NCBI GenBank assembly: GCA_964473815.1 | Contig: CAYYQK010000003.1 | Coordinates: forward strand, 23,115 to 87,114 | Direction: 5' to 3' | Length of the DNA stretch: 64,000 nt | From: an uncultured Candidatus Saccharibacteria bacterium | GTDB taxonomy: Bacteria; Patescibacteriota; Doudnabacteria; UBA920 | Shown here: positions 9,004 to 19,018 of the stretch, in pieces | How the letters are laid out: each line of letters begins with the position of its first letter | Numbering within the stretch: position 1 is the stretch's first letter | The notes under the pieces: model-generated | The model's database searches: none | What the model saw: only the letters and a program-made list of their open reading frames with translations | Told to the model about the DNA's origin: nothing | Translations under genes and position numbers: made by a program

Positions 9004-9536
9004 GAAATAATCTTAGTACGCTTTGTTGTGGCAGCGCGGCGAGTTGTTTTTTTGGCAACTGTTGTGCGCTTTGTTGCGGTTCGCTTTTTTGGAGCTGCTG
9101 GTGTCAGCAGATCATCAAAACCCCAAGCACTTACACTCTCGGCAACAGGAACTTTGATCGGGGTTTCCAAACGTTCAACGATCCGTTCAGTCAAAGGCAT
9201 TTTTGCTGAAACTTTTTTAGTCCCGCGCCAATGATGTGGCATGAACGCATGGAAAAGCCGAGCAGGCTTGTCTGCATTTGGTCCATAAACAATTGCATAC
9301 CAGTCTAAACCCAAAACGATTCCATACCAACCACCGATAAACCAAGCCACGAGCATGCTGAAAAAGTCTGCTAAGGCAATAATACCAGGAGAAATACCTA
9401 ATGAAAATGGATTGTAATCGCCCACTAAAAGCAAATCTAAAATTACAAATAACGCCCGATGAAGCATCGATAACAAAATAATCCCCAATATGGAACACAA
9501 AAATAGATAGAGAGCTTTGTAAGCGACTTTTCGCAT
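9000..9536 (-). CDS. Hypothetical membrane protein with basic K/R/T-rich tail
   Basis: Two TM helices; tail KKRTATKRTTVAKKTTRRAATTKR. Confidence 0.75.
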   Translation of the reverse strand: MRKVAYKALYLFLCSILGIILLSMLHRALFVILDLLLVGDYNPFSLGISPGIIALADFFSMLVAWFIGGWYGIVLGLDWYAIVYGPNADKPARLFHAFMPHHWRGTKKVSAKMPLTERIVERLETPIKVPVAESVSAWGFDDLLTPAAPKKRTATKRTTVAKKTTRRAATTKRTKIIS

Positions 9537-9623
9537 AGTTTTGATTTTGATTTGGACTGTTTATTTCAATTAAGAACCTTTTCTATATTATATAACAAAA
9601 GGTTTTACACAAGCAAATTTTTT

Positions 9624-10631
9624 CTACTTGATAGACAAGATGCTCTTCTTGTAACTATCTAAGTGGTCGAGTGCAACGCCTGTACCTTTGGCCACACAAA
9701 GCAAGGCTTCATCTGCCACATAACATGGGACACCAACAGCTTGGGCAATGTAATGGTCAAGGTTGCGCAATTGGGCAGTGCCTCCAGTCATAATCATCCC
9801 CTTGTCGATAATGTCGCTGGCGAGTTCCGGCGGCGTATCTTGCAATACAGTTTTAACAGCACGCACCATTTCTTTCAATTCTTCTTGAATAGCTTCCACA
9901 ACTTCGTTAGTGGAAACTGTGACAGTTTTCGGTAGACCGCTAATATTGTCGCGGCCTTTAATTTCCATGACTTCTTCTTCAGGCAATGCCATAGCCGAAC
10001 CAATTGTAATTTTGATTTCTTCTGCTGTTCTGTCGCCAATTGCCAACCCGTGTTTCTTTCGCACATATTCGGCGATCGCTGTGTCGAGTTTATTTCCAGC
10101 TACGCGCACAGAAGTTGAGTTCACAATGCCGCCCAAACTTAAAACTGCAACATCAGTTGTGCCGCCGCCCATATCAATAATTAAATTTCCACTTGCAGAA
10201 GAAATTGGAATCCCAGCACCAATTGCTGCAGCCACAGTTTCTTTAATTACAAAAGCAGACTTAGCACCAGCAGCAACCGCAGCATCGATTACAGCGCGGC
10301 GTTCTGTAGAAGTAATTCCACCGGGAACGCTAATCATTACTTCGGGACGGAAAAAACGCACCTTCCCCAAAGCTTTGTTTATAAAATATCGGAGCATGGC
10401 CTCGGTCACGCGATAGTCTGCAATCACGCCATCTTTCATGGGCCTGCTGGCCACAATGGTTTCGGGGGTACGACCAAGCATTTCCTTCGCTTCTTGTCCC
10501 ACAGCTAAAACCCGGTTATCTTCAACCGAAATTGCCACTACAGTGGGTTCGTTTATCACAATCCCCTTTTTTGGAAAAAATACTAATGTATTGGCTGTGC
10601 CTAAATCAATGCCGATCTTGTTTTGAAACAT
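9624..10631 (-). CDS. mreB: Rod shape-determining actin homologue MreB
   Basis: IGIDLGTANT, DGVIAD, D.GGGTT, TGG motifs. Start placed at MFQNK (10631). Confidence 0.97.
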   Translation of the reverse strand: MFQNKIGIDLGTANTLVFFPKKGIVINEPTVVAISVEDNRVLAVGQEAKEMLGRTPETIVASRPMKDGVIADYRVTEAMLRYFINKALGKVRFFRPEVMISVPGGITSTERRAVIDAAVAAGAKSAFVIKETVAAAIGAGIPISSASGNLIIDMGGGTTDVAVLSLGGIVNSTSVRVAGNKLDTAIAEYVRKKHGLAIGDRTAEEIKITIGSAMALPEEEVMEIKGRDNISGLPKTVTVSTNEVVEAIQEELKEMVRAVKTVLQDTPPELASDIIDKGMIMTGGTAQLRNLDHYIAQAVGVPCYVADEALLCVAKGTGVALDHLDSYKKSILSIK

Positions 10632-10716
10632 ATACACTTCATTATACAAGGGCTGAGCCCGCGAGGCAATGCTGCTCTAAATCTTATAAAAATGGTATAA
10701 TATCTATAGTTTATTT

Positions 10717-12006
10717 ATGAAATCTTCAACTCGATACACTCTGCTCGCGATTTTAGTGGTTGTATTTGCAATCGCGGCGCCATCTTTAATTTTGTATGTT
10801 AGCGGCCGCAAATTGAATTTAGATGACGGCCGCACCAGCGCCACTGGAATTTTAGATGCCAAAACCAATCCCACCGGCGTAATGCTAAGCATTGACGGTA
10901 AAGATCACAGTACCACACCGGCGATCGCCCGGTTTTTAACGCAAGGCGAATATAACGTCACTCTTCATAAGGACGGTTATTTAGATTGGAGCAAACGCCT
11001 ACCGATTGAATCAGGGCAAGTGACCTTTGCACAAGAAGGTGTCACCGAAATTCAAATGATTAAGACGCCGATTTCACGCGTGTTAATAAATAGCGGCGTG
11101 GCAAGTTTTGTTTTGGTTGATGGCAATATTGTATTTACACGCGATGAAAATCTAGTGTACGCGCCATTGAGCAACCCATCACAACAAACCAATATCGCGC
11201 TAGGTTTTCGCCCGAGTGGGTTAACAATATTGCGTGACAAAGAGCATGTGTATCTGGGAAACAATAAAGTATTTGATGCATCTCAAAAAATTATTGTAGA
11301 ATTACCCAAATTCCAAAATAATTTTTACAACCCTTCAGACATTACAGTTACACCTAATGGAGTTTTTATTTTCCTGGCTAATAATGGCTTAAACGCTTTT
11401 GATCCAAGCAATAAGAAGAATACTTTACTTCGCACTGACGTTAAAGGATTTACAATGACCGGTAATAATGGTTATTTCATAGTTTCAAATGGGAATACCA
11501 ATGACATAAACACTGCATTATGGAATGGAACTGAGTTTCGAGATCCGCAGGTTGTCAGCAGCAATGTACAAGCAAAAAACCTATACATTACGGATAATAA
11601 AGAATTATTTTGCGACTGCAATAATGGTTTCGCCCGGGTGAATAGCACGATAGAAAATTTGGGACCAAAGTCGAATGTGCACTTAGACTTATCGACAAAT
11701 GAATTAGCATTTTTAACCAACGGCAATGAGTTGCAATTTTATAATTTCTTGACTAGTAGGCCACAACTCTTGACTCGCGGTAATTTAAACTCGCAAACTA
11801 ATTTTCTAGTACGCTCCAGTATCGGTTATGGTTTTGTCGGGAACGAGAATGGGTTGGAAGCTATTGAAATCGACAGTCGTGACCACCAAAATCGGTATCA
11901 GTTAATAAAAGGTAAACAAGTTTGGCAGCTGGCTATGACTGATAACCAAAAAACCATCCTCGCATTGGTGGATGGTTCGATCGTGGCTATTGATATTCGC
12001 AATTAA
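10717..12006 (+). CDS. PEGA-domain membrane-anchored protein
   Basis: N-terminal TM, then T.P.G...IDGK..TTP..L..G.Y.V.L.K.GY..W; beta-rich C-terminus. Confidence 0.8.
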   Translation: MKSSTRYTLLAILVVVFAIAAPSLILYVSGRKLNLDDGRTSATGILDAKTNPTGVMLSIDGKDHSTTPAIARFLTQGEYNVTLHKDGYLDWSKRLPIESGQVTFAQEGVTEIQMIKTPISRVLINSGVASFVLVDGNIVFTRDENLVYAPLSNPSQQTNIALGFRPSGLTILRDKEHVYLGNNKVFDASQKIIVELPKFQNNFYNPSDITVTPNGVFIFLANNGLNAFDPSNKKNTLLRTDVKGFTMTGNNGYFIVSNGNTNDINTALWNGTEFRDPQVVSSNVQAKNLYITDNKELFCDCNNGFARVNSTIENLGPKSNVHLDLSTNELAFLTNGNELQFYNFLTSRPQLLTRGNLNSQTNFLVRSSIGYGFVGNENGLEAIEIDSRDHQNRYQLIKGKQVWQLAMTDNQKTILALVDGSIVAIDIRN

Positions 12007-12007
12007 G

Positions 12008-12442
12008 TTAGTAACCCGATTTAGGCTTGCCAGTAGCAGCGTCTAAAGCGCTATTTACTAATGCATCGGCTTCGGAGTTATATCCCCGCCGGACATGCAC
12101 AAAAGAATACGAATTAAACTTTTTTAGCAGCGCTAAAACCTTCGCAGCCAATTCTTGCAAACCTGGCTGTTTTATTTTATAAACACCGGTCATTTGTTTA
12201 ACAATTAGTTCGCTGTCCATTTGAATTTTTACATCAGTTCCACCAAGATTTACTGATTCTTCCAAAGCTTTCACCAGCGCGCTGTATTCCGCCACATTGT
12301 TGGTAGTATCACCAATATAAGCACCGTGTGAATAAAGTAATTCCCCAGTTTCGGACTTTATTACCAGACCGATACCGGCCGGCCCGGGATTGCCTCGCGC
12401 CCCGCCATCAGTGTTAATAACTAATAATTTTTTCTTTGCCAT
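12008..12442 (-). CDS. rnhA: Ribonuclease HI family protein
   Basis: TDGGARGNPGPAG, TNNVAEY, DSEL and N.EAD motifs. Confidence 0.92.
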   Translation of the reverse strand: MAKKKLLVINTDGGARGNPGPAGIGLVIKSETGELLYSHGAYIGDTTNNVAEYSALVKALEESVNLGGTDVKIQMDSELIVKQMTGVYKIKQPGLQELAAKVLALLKKFNSYSFVHVRRGYNSEADALVNSALDAATGKPKSGY

Positions 12443-12443
12443 T

Positions 12444-14279
12444 TCAGGTAACATTTGGTTCTATGGTTTCAATTACTTGTTCTATTATAACAGTTTCTGT
12501 TATGACTTGTTCGGGTACTTCAGGCGCTACTTGTGGAAAATGAATGTCGAGCAAGCGCATTTTTAATTTTTTCATTCCCTGCCAAGTGTCAGCCATAAGT
12601 TCACCGGCTATAGAAATGGTTTGATCGGGTTGTAACAAAGCTAGTTTATTTGCCATATAACCCATGCTAAAGCCAATACAATCTAATACAGCATCACCTA
12701 CTGCAATTCGTAACTGCAAATGGCGTTGATCGCTGCCTACTAATTTATGGCTTAAAACTTTTGCGTTCTTCACTGCAAACAGTGGTCGGGTATTGCCTGC
12801 TCCGTATGGTTCCAGCTCACAAATTTCTTCAAATGCTTCCATGCTAATATCTGATTCGGTCAGCTCTGCATCTAAACTTAAAGTTGGTGAATCTGTTCTA
12901 AAAGGATGTTCTTCTGCATATTTTAGCAAAGCTTCATAAAGCTTATCTAAATCTTCTGTTTTGGCAGTCAGCCCAGCAGCTTGTTTGTGACCACCAAATT
13001 TTACTAAATACTCTCGAGAAGCTTTGAGTGCTTCCACTATATTAAAGTCGCTATTGTTTAAGCTATTGCCAATGCGAGCACTGCCAGTGCTTTCAAACTC
13101 CCCGCGTTCTAAAATTATGGCTGGACGGTTGTAAGCATCAGCAATACGACCAGCAACAATTCCCACCAAACCCTTGGCCCAACCATCACTGTGGAGTAAC
13201 AAGATTTTTCTATCGCCCATTAATTCTGCTTGCTCTTTGGCTTCCGAAACCAGACGATTAGTTAAATCACGGCGGCGGCGATTAATATCTTCAAGTCTGT
13301 TAGCCAAGGTAATCGCTTCGGCAAAATCCGTTGCTGTTAGCAAGGCTAAAGCCACATCAGCATGTTCCAAACGGCCAGCCGCATTAATGCGTGGTGCGAT
13401 TGTAAAACCTATGGCGTGACTGTCAATATTATCTTTGGCAGCATCTATACCAGCGTTCTCTATTAATTGGCGCAATCCGAGCCATTTAGACTTATGCAAA
13501 ACCTTTAAGCCAAACTTCACCAAAATTCTGTTTTCACCAAGAAGTGAATGACAATCCGCTACTGTGCCGATGGCAACTAAATCTAGCAACCACTTGTCCC
13601 ATTCCGGCTGATAGTCTGCCACTTCAATATTTTTTTGCTTGATAACTTTTTCGGCTTGCATCAGCACTGCTTTGGCAACTTTGTAAGCCACACCAACTCC
13701 AGTAATTTGATCATCGGGATATTGTTCTTCGGGATTTTTTGGATTCACTAACGCAAAAGCGTTAGGTGTGTCGCCGGTGATTTCGTGGTGATCCGTAATA
13801 ATTAAATCGATGCCATTTTCTTTGCAAAATTCCGCTTCTGCAACTGAGTTAGTGCCGCAGTCAACCGTAATTACCAAATTCACACCTTGCTCTTTAATTT
13901 TTTGGAAAGCCTCTAAATTTAAACCATACCCTTCACTGAACCGATCCGGTACATACGACGCAACGTCTACACCTAAATACCGAAAAGTCTGTTGTAGCAC
14001 AGCGTTGGCTGTAACGGCATCAGCGTCGTAGTCGCCGTAAATCAAAATCTTCTCGCCTTTTTCTATCGCCTGCCAAATGCGATCAACGGCAATTTCCATT
14101 TGGCTAAACAAAAACGGATCATACAAATTGTAATAATCCGGATTTAAAAACCACTCCACGCGCACAGGATTTTCTATGCCCCGGTTATAAAGCAATTGCA
14201 CCACCAAACTGCGCAATTCTGGATATTGCTCTAAAATATCACGGGGAACAGGTTGTTGAATCAGCCAATCCTTTGCCAT
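12444..14279 (-). CDS. recJ: ssDNA-specific exonuclease RecJ
   Basis: GDYDAD, TVDCG, TDHH, PRINAAGR, GGHKQAAG motifs. Confidence 0.97.
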   Translation of the reverse strand: MAKDWLIQQPVPRDILEQYPELRSLVVQLLYNRGIENPVRVEWFLNPDYYNLYDPFLFSQMEIAVDRIWQAIEKGEKILIYGDYDADAVTANAVLQQTFRYLGVDVASYVPDRFSEGYGLNLEAFQKIKEQGVNLVITVDCGTNSVAEAEFCKENGIDLIITDHHEITGDTPNAFALVNPKNPEEQYPDDQITGVGVAYKVAKAVLMQAEKVIKQKNIEVADYQPEWDKWLLDLVAIGTVADCHSLLGENRILVKFGLKVLHKSKWLGLRQLIENAGIDAAKDNIDSHAIGFTIAPRINAAGRLEHADVALALLTATDFAEAITLANRLEDINRRRRDLTNRLVSEAKEQAELMGDRKILLLHSDGWAKGLVGIVAGRIADAYNRPAIILERGEFESTGSARIGNSLNNSDFNIVEALKASREYLVKFGGHKQAAGLTAKTEDLDKLYEALLKYAEEHPFRTDSPTLSLDAELTESDISMEAFEEICELEPYGAGNTRPLFAVKNAKVLSHKLVGSDQRHLQLRIAVGDAVLDCIGFSMGYMANKLALLQPDQTISIAGELMADTWQGMKKLKMRLLDIHFPQVAPEVPEQVITETVIIEQVIETIEPNVT

Positions 14280-14306
14280 GTGGTCATGATACCACAGGCA
14301 CTCCGA

Positions 14307-15935
14307 TCAAGGTAGCTTGTCCTCCAGGAGTTCGGTAAGCAAATTCCGACCATTCATTTCGGGTGGTTTTGGCAAACCAAATAACTCTAAAATAGTTGGC
14401 GCAATATCTGACACAACTCCGCTAGGGACTCGACTCGACAAAGACAAATAATCCCGGTGCTTAGGTTCAGGAAATGCAAATTCTTTAGCCACTATAATAA
14501 ATGGTACCGGAGATGTAGAGTGTTCTTTGTCGATGCCGCCGGTTTTTAAATCAATCATCCCTTCAATATTCCCATGGTCAGCTGTAATGATTAATACCCC
14601 ACCGACATCTAACACCGCGTCGGCTACTTCTTGCATAAAACGATCTAAATATTGCACAGCCTTAATGCCTGCTTGCAACATTCCAGTATGGCCCACCATA
14701 TCGCCATTAGCATAATTGGCAAGATAGAATGAAAAGTCTTCATTTTTAATTTTTTCAATCAGCACTTCGGTTAATTCCGGGCCAGACATTTCGGGTTGTT
14801 GTTCGTAATTGCGATTGTTGTCAGGACTGGAAACAATTCGCCGTTCTTCACCAGGCATAGGTTCGCTTATCCCACCATTAAAAAAAGATGTAACGTGCGC
14901 ATACTTTTCACTCTCAGCGATGTGAAATTGGCGTAAATTATTTTGGGCAATAACCTCTGCTAAATTATTTTGCAAATTAATTGGCGGGTAAGCAACTTCA
15001 ACAGGCAGACCAAAAAAATATTCTGTCATCGTAACAAAGCACAAATTCTGTAGTGGTTGATGTGGTTTGTCGATTTTCATTTTGCTCGGATCCACGAACG
15101 CTAACGTCAATTGCAATGCCCGATCAGAACGAAAATTAAAGAAAATCACCGCATCGTTGTCCTCAATTGTAGCCACAGGTTTCATGCCCGACTCCCCTTC
15201 AGTTCGTTCAATGATAGCAGTAGGCATTATCATTTCGTCATAAACATTTTGCTGATACGAATTCAAAATCGCCTGTTCAGCTGTATCGGCCGCGTTTCCT
15301 ATGCCGTGCGTTAACATTTGATAGGTAGCCTCGGTTTGATCCCAATGCTTCCCGCGATCCATGGCGTAAAACCGTCCAGTGATCGAGGCAATTTTCCCCA
15401 CACCGATTTGCTTAATCGAATCCTGCAATTTACGTACAGAGTTGTAAGCTTCTTTTTCCGGGGTATCTCGACCGTCAGTAAACATATGCACATAAGTTTC
15501 CGTAATTCCCTGTTGCTCAGCCAAACCTAGCAAAGCAAACAAATGCTCTTCGCTACTATGCACTCCGCCAGCACTAACCATTCCCATAATGTGGAGTTTG
15601 GAATTGTTTTTCCGCACATGCTCACAGGCTTTGAGAAATGCCGGATTGCTAAAAAAAGTTTTGTCTTGAATGGCTGAATTGATACGCGGCAAATCTTGTC
15701 CCACAATACGACCAGCGCCGATATTTAAGTGACCAACTTCGGAGTTACCTACTTCACCCCACGGCAAACCCACCACTGGACCAGAAGCCAGAAGGGTGGT
15801 AGCCGGATAGCAAGACACCAAGCGGTCGAGACTCTGAGGTTGCGCCAAAGCAATGGCATTGCCATGACTATAAGAAGCAACTCCGAATCCATCCAGAATT
15901 ACTAGAACAACTTTGTTAAATTTTGGAGTGTTCAT
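14307..15935 (-). CDS. gpmI: 2,3-BPG-independent phosphoglycerate mutase
   Basis: ILDGFG, GNSEVGH, GRFYAMDR, DMVGHTG, TADHGN motifs. Confidence 0.97.
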   Translation of the reverse strand: MNTPKFNKVVLVILDGFGVASYSHGNAIALAQPQSLDRLVSCYPATTLLASGPVVGLPWGEVGNSEVGHLNIGAGRIVGQDLPRINSAIQDKTFFSNPAFLKACEHVRKNNSKLHIMGMVSAGGVHSSEEHLFALLGLAEQQGITETYVHMFTDGRDTPEKEAYNSVRKLQDSIKQIGVGKIASITGRFYAMDRGKHWDQTEATYQMLTHGIGNAADTAEQAILNSYQQNVYDEMIMPTAIIERTEGESGMKPVATIEDNDAVIFFNFRSDRALQLTLAFVDPSKMKIDKPHQPLQNLCFVTMTEYFFGLPVEVAYPPINLQNNLAEVIAQNNLRQFHIAESEKYAHVTSFFNGGISEPMPGEERRIVSSPDNNRNYEQQPEMSGPELTEVLIEKIKNEDFSFYLANYANGDMVGHTGMLQAGIKAVQYLDRFMQEVADAVLDVGGVLIITADHGNIEGMIDLKTGGIDKEHSTSPVPFIIVAKEFAFPEPKHRDYLSLSSRVPSGVVSDIAPTILELFGLPKPPEMNGRNLLTELLEDKLP

Positions 15936-17209
15936 TTTAGTTCTGATTCAATTGCCATCAATCGATTGTATTTTGCCGAACGTTCGCTGCGTGCTAAACT
16001 TCCGGCTTTAATGTAATCTGCCCCGCAAGCAACCGCGAGGTCAGCAATGAAATCATCCATTGTTTCCCCACTGCGGTGCGAGATTACAATTTTATAATTA
16101 AATTTTTGTGCTAATTTTATTGCGGCCACGGTTTCGGAAAGCGAACCAATTTGATTTACCTTAATTAACACGGCATTGGCAATTCCCGCAATAATCCCTG
16201 CTTCGATTCGTTGTGGGTCAGTCACAAATAAATCGTCACCGACCAAAGTAACTTTATCGCCCAATGCGCCGGTTAATTTTTGCCAACCCTCGAAGTCATC
16301 TTCAGCGCACCCATCTTCGATAATTTGCAATCCAAATAAATTATTCCAACTTTGGTACAACCGGTACATACTAGCTGGTTTATAATGTTTATGATCAGCT
16401 TTTAAATGATAAATTTGTTTGTCACTGTCAAAGAATTCGGAACTCGCTGCATCGAGTCCCAGAGCGAAATCTTTTTTTACTTTGTAACCTGCTGATTCTA
16501 TAGCTTGCGCTAAAATACGTAAGGCTTTTTTGTTACTACCGATTCTGGGCGCGAAACCGCCCTCGTCCCCCACACCGGTTTGCATTTTCTTTTTGGTTAA
16601 CAATGTTTTTAACTCGCGGATAACTGCATGAGAGCGTTGAATTTTATCGGAAAAACTACCGTGCAACGGAATTAAGAAAAATTCTTGAACGTCTAACTCA
16701 CTACTCGGTGCGTGCACGCCACCATTTATTACATTCAGTAATGGTGTTGGCAAACCCATAGCTGCCCGGCCACTACCGCGAGCATTACTAAATTTAAATT
16801 GGGAATTTAAATATTCGTATAATGGTTTACCGCTGAGCTGGGCGGCGAGGCGCGCAGAGGCTAGTGATACACTCAGAATTGCGTTCGCGCCGAGCCGCGA
16901 TTTGTTGGGGGTTTTATCAATAGCAATCATTGCCTGGTCAATTTCTGCTAAATTACCCAAAGATTTTCCGCGAACTGCCCTAAAAATCGGCCCTTCCACA
17001 TTCCTGACTGCCTTTTTCACACCAAGACCCGAATACCGCTTTTTATCACCATCGCGAAGCTCCAAGGCCTCGTGGGTACCGGTGGAAGCACCGCTTGGCA
17101 CGCTGGCAATAGCAAAAACGCCACCGCTCCACACTATGGCTTCAATCGTCGGATTTCCCCGGGAATCTAAAATTTCCCGCGCAGTTATCTTGGTTATTTT
17201 GTTTTTCAT
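15932..17209 (-). CDS. eno: Enolase
   Basis: REILDSRGNPT, VPSGASTG, GDEGGFAP, SHRSGET motifs. Start moved to MKNK (17209). Confidence 0.97.
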   Translation of the reverse strand: MKNKITKITAREILDSRGNPTIEAIVWSGGVFAIASVPSGASTGTHEALELRDGDKKRYSGLGVKKAVRNVEGPIFRAVRGKSLGNLAEIDQAMIAIDKTPNKSRLGANAILSVSLASARLAAQLSGKPLYEYLNSQFKFSNARGSGRAAMGLPTPLLNVINGGVHAPSSELDVQEFFLIPLHGSFSDKIQRSHAVIRELKTLLTKKKMQTGVGDEGGFAPRIGSNKKALRILAQAIESAGYKVKKDFALGLDAASSEFFDSDKQIYHLKADHKHYKPASMYRLYQSWNNLFGLQIIEDGCAEDDFEGWQKLTGALGDKVTLVGDDLFVTDPQRIEAGIIAGIANAVLIKVNQIGSLSETVAAIKLAQKFNYKIVISHRSGETMDDFIADLAVACGADYIKAGSLARSERSAKYNRLMAIESELK

Positions 17210-17413
17210 TTTTATTTCAACCGGTTGATCTATACTACAGGCAGAATTGGGACAGCAATTTAACTTCATTTCATTCTTTGTTTTCGTGAGTAACGAAAAC
17301 GAAGGGTGGATGGTTAAATTGCTCTCTCTTTTCTTTTTGTCTCAAAACACTTTTTCTTGCATTTATTATACCACAAAATTACTAAAAAAGCCGCAGGATT
17401 TTCGCCACGGCTT

Positions 17414-18643
17414 TTACTTCTGCAACGCTTGTAATCCAGGTAATTCGTTTCCTGCTAAGTACTCTAACATCGCGCCTCCACCAGTGGAGACATGATCAAT
17501 GTTTTCCAGTTGATGCGACTGCCTTATGGCGGCGACTGTTTCACCGCCTCCAGCGCAGGCAAAAGCTGAACGCTTCCCAACTCCACCAATGACCCGAGCC
17601 AAAGACATGGTACCAGCGCGAAATGGTTTCTTTTCAAAATATCCCAATGGCCCATTCCAACAGATGGTTGCTGCTCCTTTTAAAATATTGGCATATTCTA
17701 AAATTGCTTTCGGCCCGATATCACAAATTTTTTCGCTGGATTTAAGCTCATAATTATTGCGCACAATCGCTGTTTCTTTTGGATCACTTGTACTATAGAC
17801 GGCAACATCCTTGGGCAAAACTAATTTGTCTTTGAAGTTTTTCGACAAAGTCCAGGCCAATTGCATGCTTTCTTTTTCAATGACCGATTCTCCAATATTT
17901 AAACCTTGGGCTGCAAAGAAAATATTTGCTAAACCCCCGCCGAGCAAAATTTTATCTGCCTTAGCGCCTAACTTTTCGAGTGTCTTGGCTTTATCAGAAA
18001 TTTTGATCCCACCCATCATCAATACAAACGGCGCTTTAGATTTATGTAAAATGTAATCTAAATTTTTAATCTCTTTTTCTAAAGACGGCCCAACAAAAGA
18101 AGGCATAAATTGAGTGATGGCAACAATGGAGGCGCATTTGCGATGTGTAACTGCAAAAGCATCATCGACATAAACATCGCCCAGTCCTGACAAAATTTTG
18201 GCAAAGTCAGCGTTATTATCTTCTTCACCCGGATAAAAACGCAAGTTCTCAAGTAAGATAATATCTTTCGCCGGTGCTTTTTTTACACTTTCTTGCGCAA
18301 CCGACTTGGTGATATCACTATTCAAAAAAATTAAATGATCAATGGCATAATCTGGAATTTGGCTATCCGTTTCTACAAACTTAATATCTAGCAATTCCGC
18401 AAGGCGCTCTGCCATTGGACGAAGTGACATGCTCGAATCCCACTTCCCTTCGGGGCGCCCGGCATGAGAAAGCAAAACCACTTTAGAGTTATGCTTGCGC
18501 AAAAATTGGATGGTTGGCAAAATACTAACCAAACGAAAATCATCCATTATTTTCCCATGTTCGTCCAATTCCTCGTTCAAATCGACCCGCAACAATACGG
18601 TTTTGTTTGCAATATCTTCAGGTTTTAAGTAATTATAGGCCAT
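17414..18643 (-). CDS. pgk: Phosphoglycerate kinase
   Basis: RVDLN, SHAGRP, LENLRF, WNGP.G, STGGGA motifs. Confidence 0.97.
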   Translation of the reverse strand: MAYNYLKPEDIANKTVLLRVDLNEELDEHGKIMDDFRLVSILPTIQFLRKHNSKVVLLSHAGRPEGKWDSSMSLRPMAERLAELLDIKFVETDSQIPDYAIDHLIFLNSDITKSVAQESVKKAPAKDIILLENLRFYPGEEDNNADFAKILSGLGDVYVDDAFAVTHRKCASIVAITQFMPSFVGPSLEKEIKNLDYILHKSKAPFVLMMGGIKISDKAKTLEKLGAKADKILLGGGLANIFFAAQGLNIGESVIEKESMQLAWTLSKNFKDKLVLPKDVAVYSTSDPKETAIVRNNYELKSSEKICDIGPKAILEYANILKGAATICWNGPLGYFEKKPFRAGTMSLARVIGGVGKRSAFACAGGGETVAAIRQSHQLENIDHVSTGGGAMLEYLAGNELPGLQALQK

Positions 18644-18658
18644 TTTTTAATACTTTTC

Positions 18659-18687
18659 TTGACACACTAGAGTTTTTATGGTTTAAT
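18659..18687 (+). promoter_or_regulatory. sigma70-type promoter
   Basis: TTGACA-N17 (with TG)-TTTAAT, then AAGGAGGT at 18696. Confidence 0.75.
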
Positions 18688-18709
18688 GTGTGAGCAAGGA
18701 GGTAAGGGA

Positions 18710-18973
18710 ATGAATTTAGAAACGTGGGAGAACTTGAAAATAGTGCTGCTAGTTTTCCTCTTCGATTTCGCTCTGGCGTCGATAAAAACTTTCATTCGAC
18801 GATGGGTCTGGGTCATTAGCTGTTTAACGCTTTCGGCCATAATGCTTGTTTGCTATCCTTTTGTCAGTGTTAAGGAGCATCCTGACATTTCGACAATGGT
18901 TGTAGTAACAGGACTATTTTGGCTCGTAGCCGCCGGCGGAATGCTCAAGGACCGACTAGATCATCCGATCTAA
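18710..18973 (+). CDS. Small 3-TM hypothetical membrane protein
   Basis: AAGGAGGT before ATG 18710; has its own promoter and terminator. Confidence 0.75.
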   Translation: MNLETWENLKIVLLVFLFDFALASIKTFIRRWVWVISCLTLSAIMLVCYPFVSVKEHPDISTMVVVTGLFWLVAAGGMLKDRLDHPI

Positions 18974-18980
18974 CTAACCC

Positions 18981-19018
18981 AAAACGGGCAGTGTCTTGTC
19001 GACGCTGCCCCGTTTTTT
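18981..19018. terminator. Bidirectional intrinsic terminator
   Basis: GGGCAGTGTC-loop-GACGCTGCCC flanked by A and T tracts. Confidence 0.8.
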
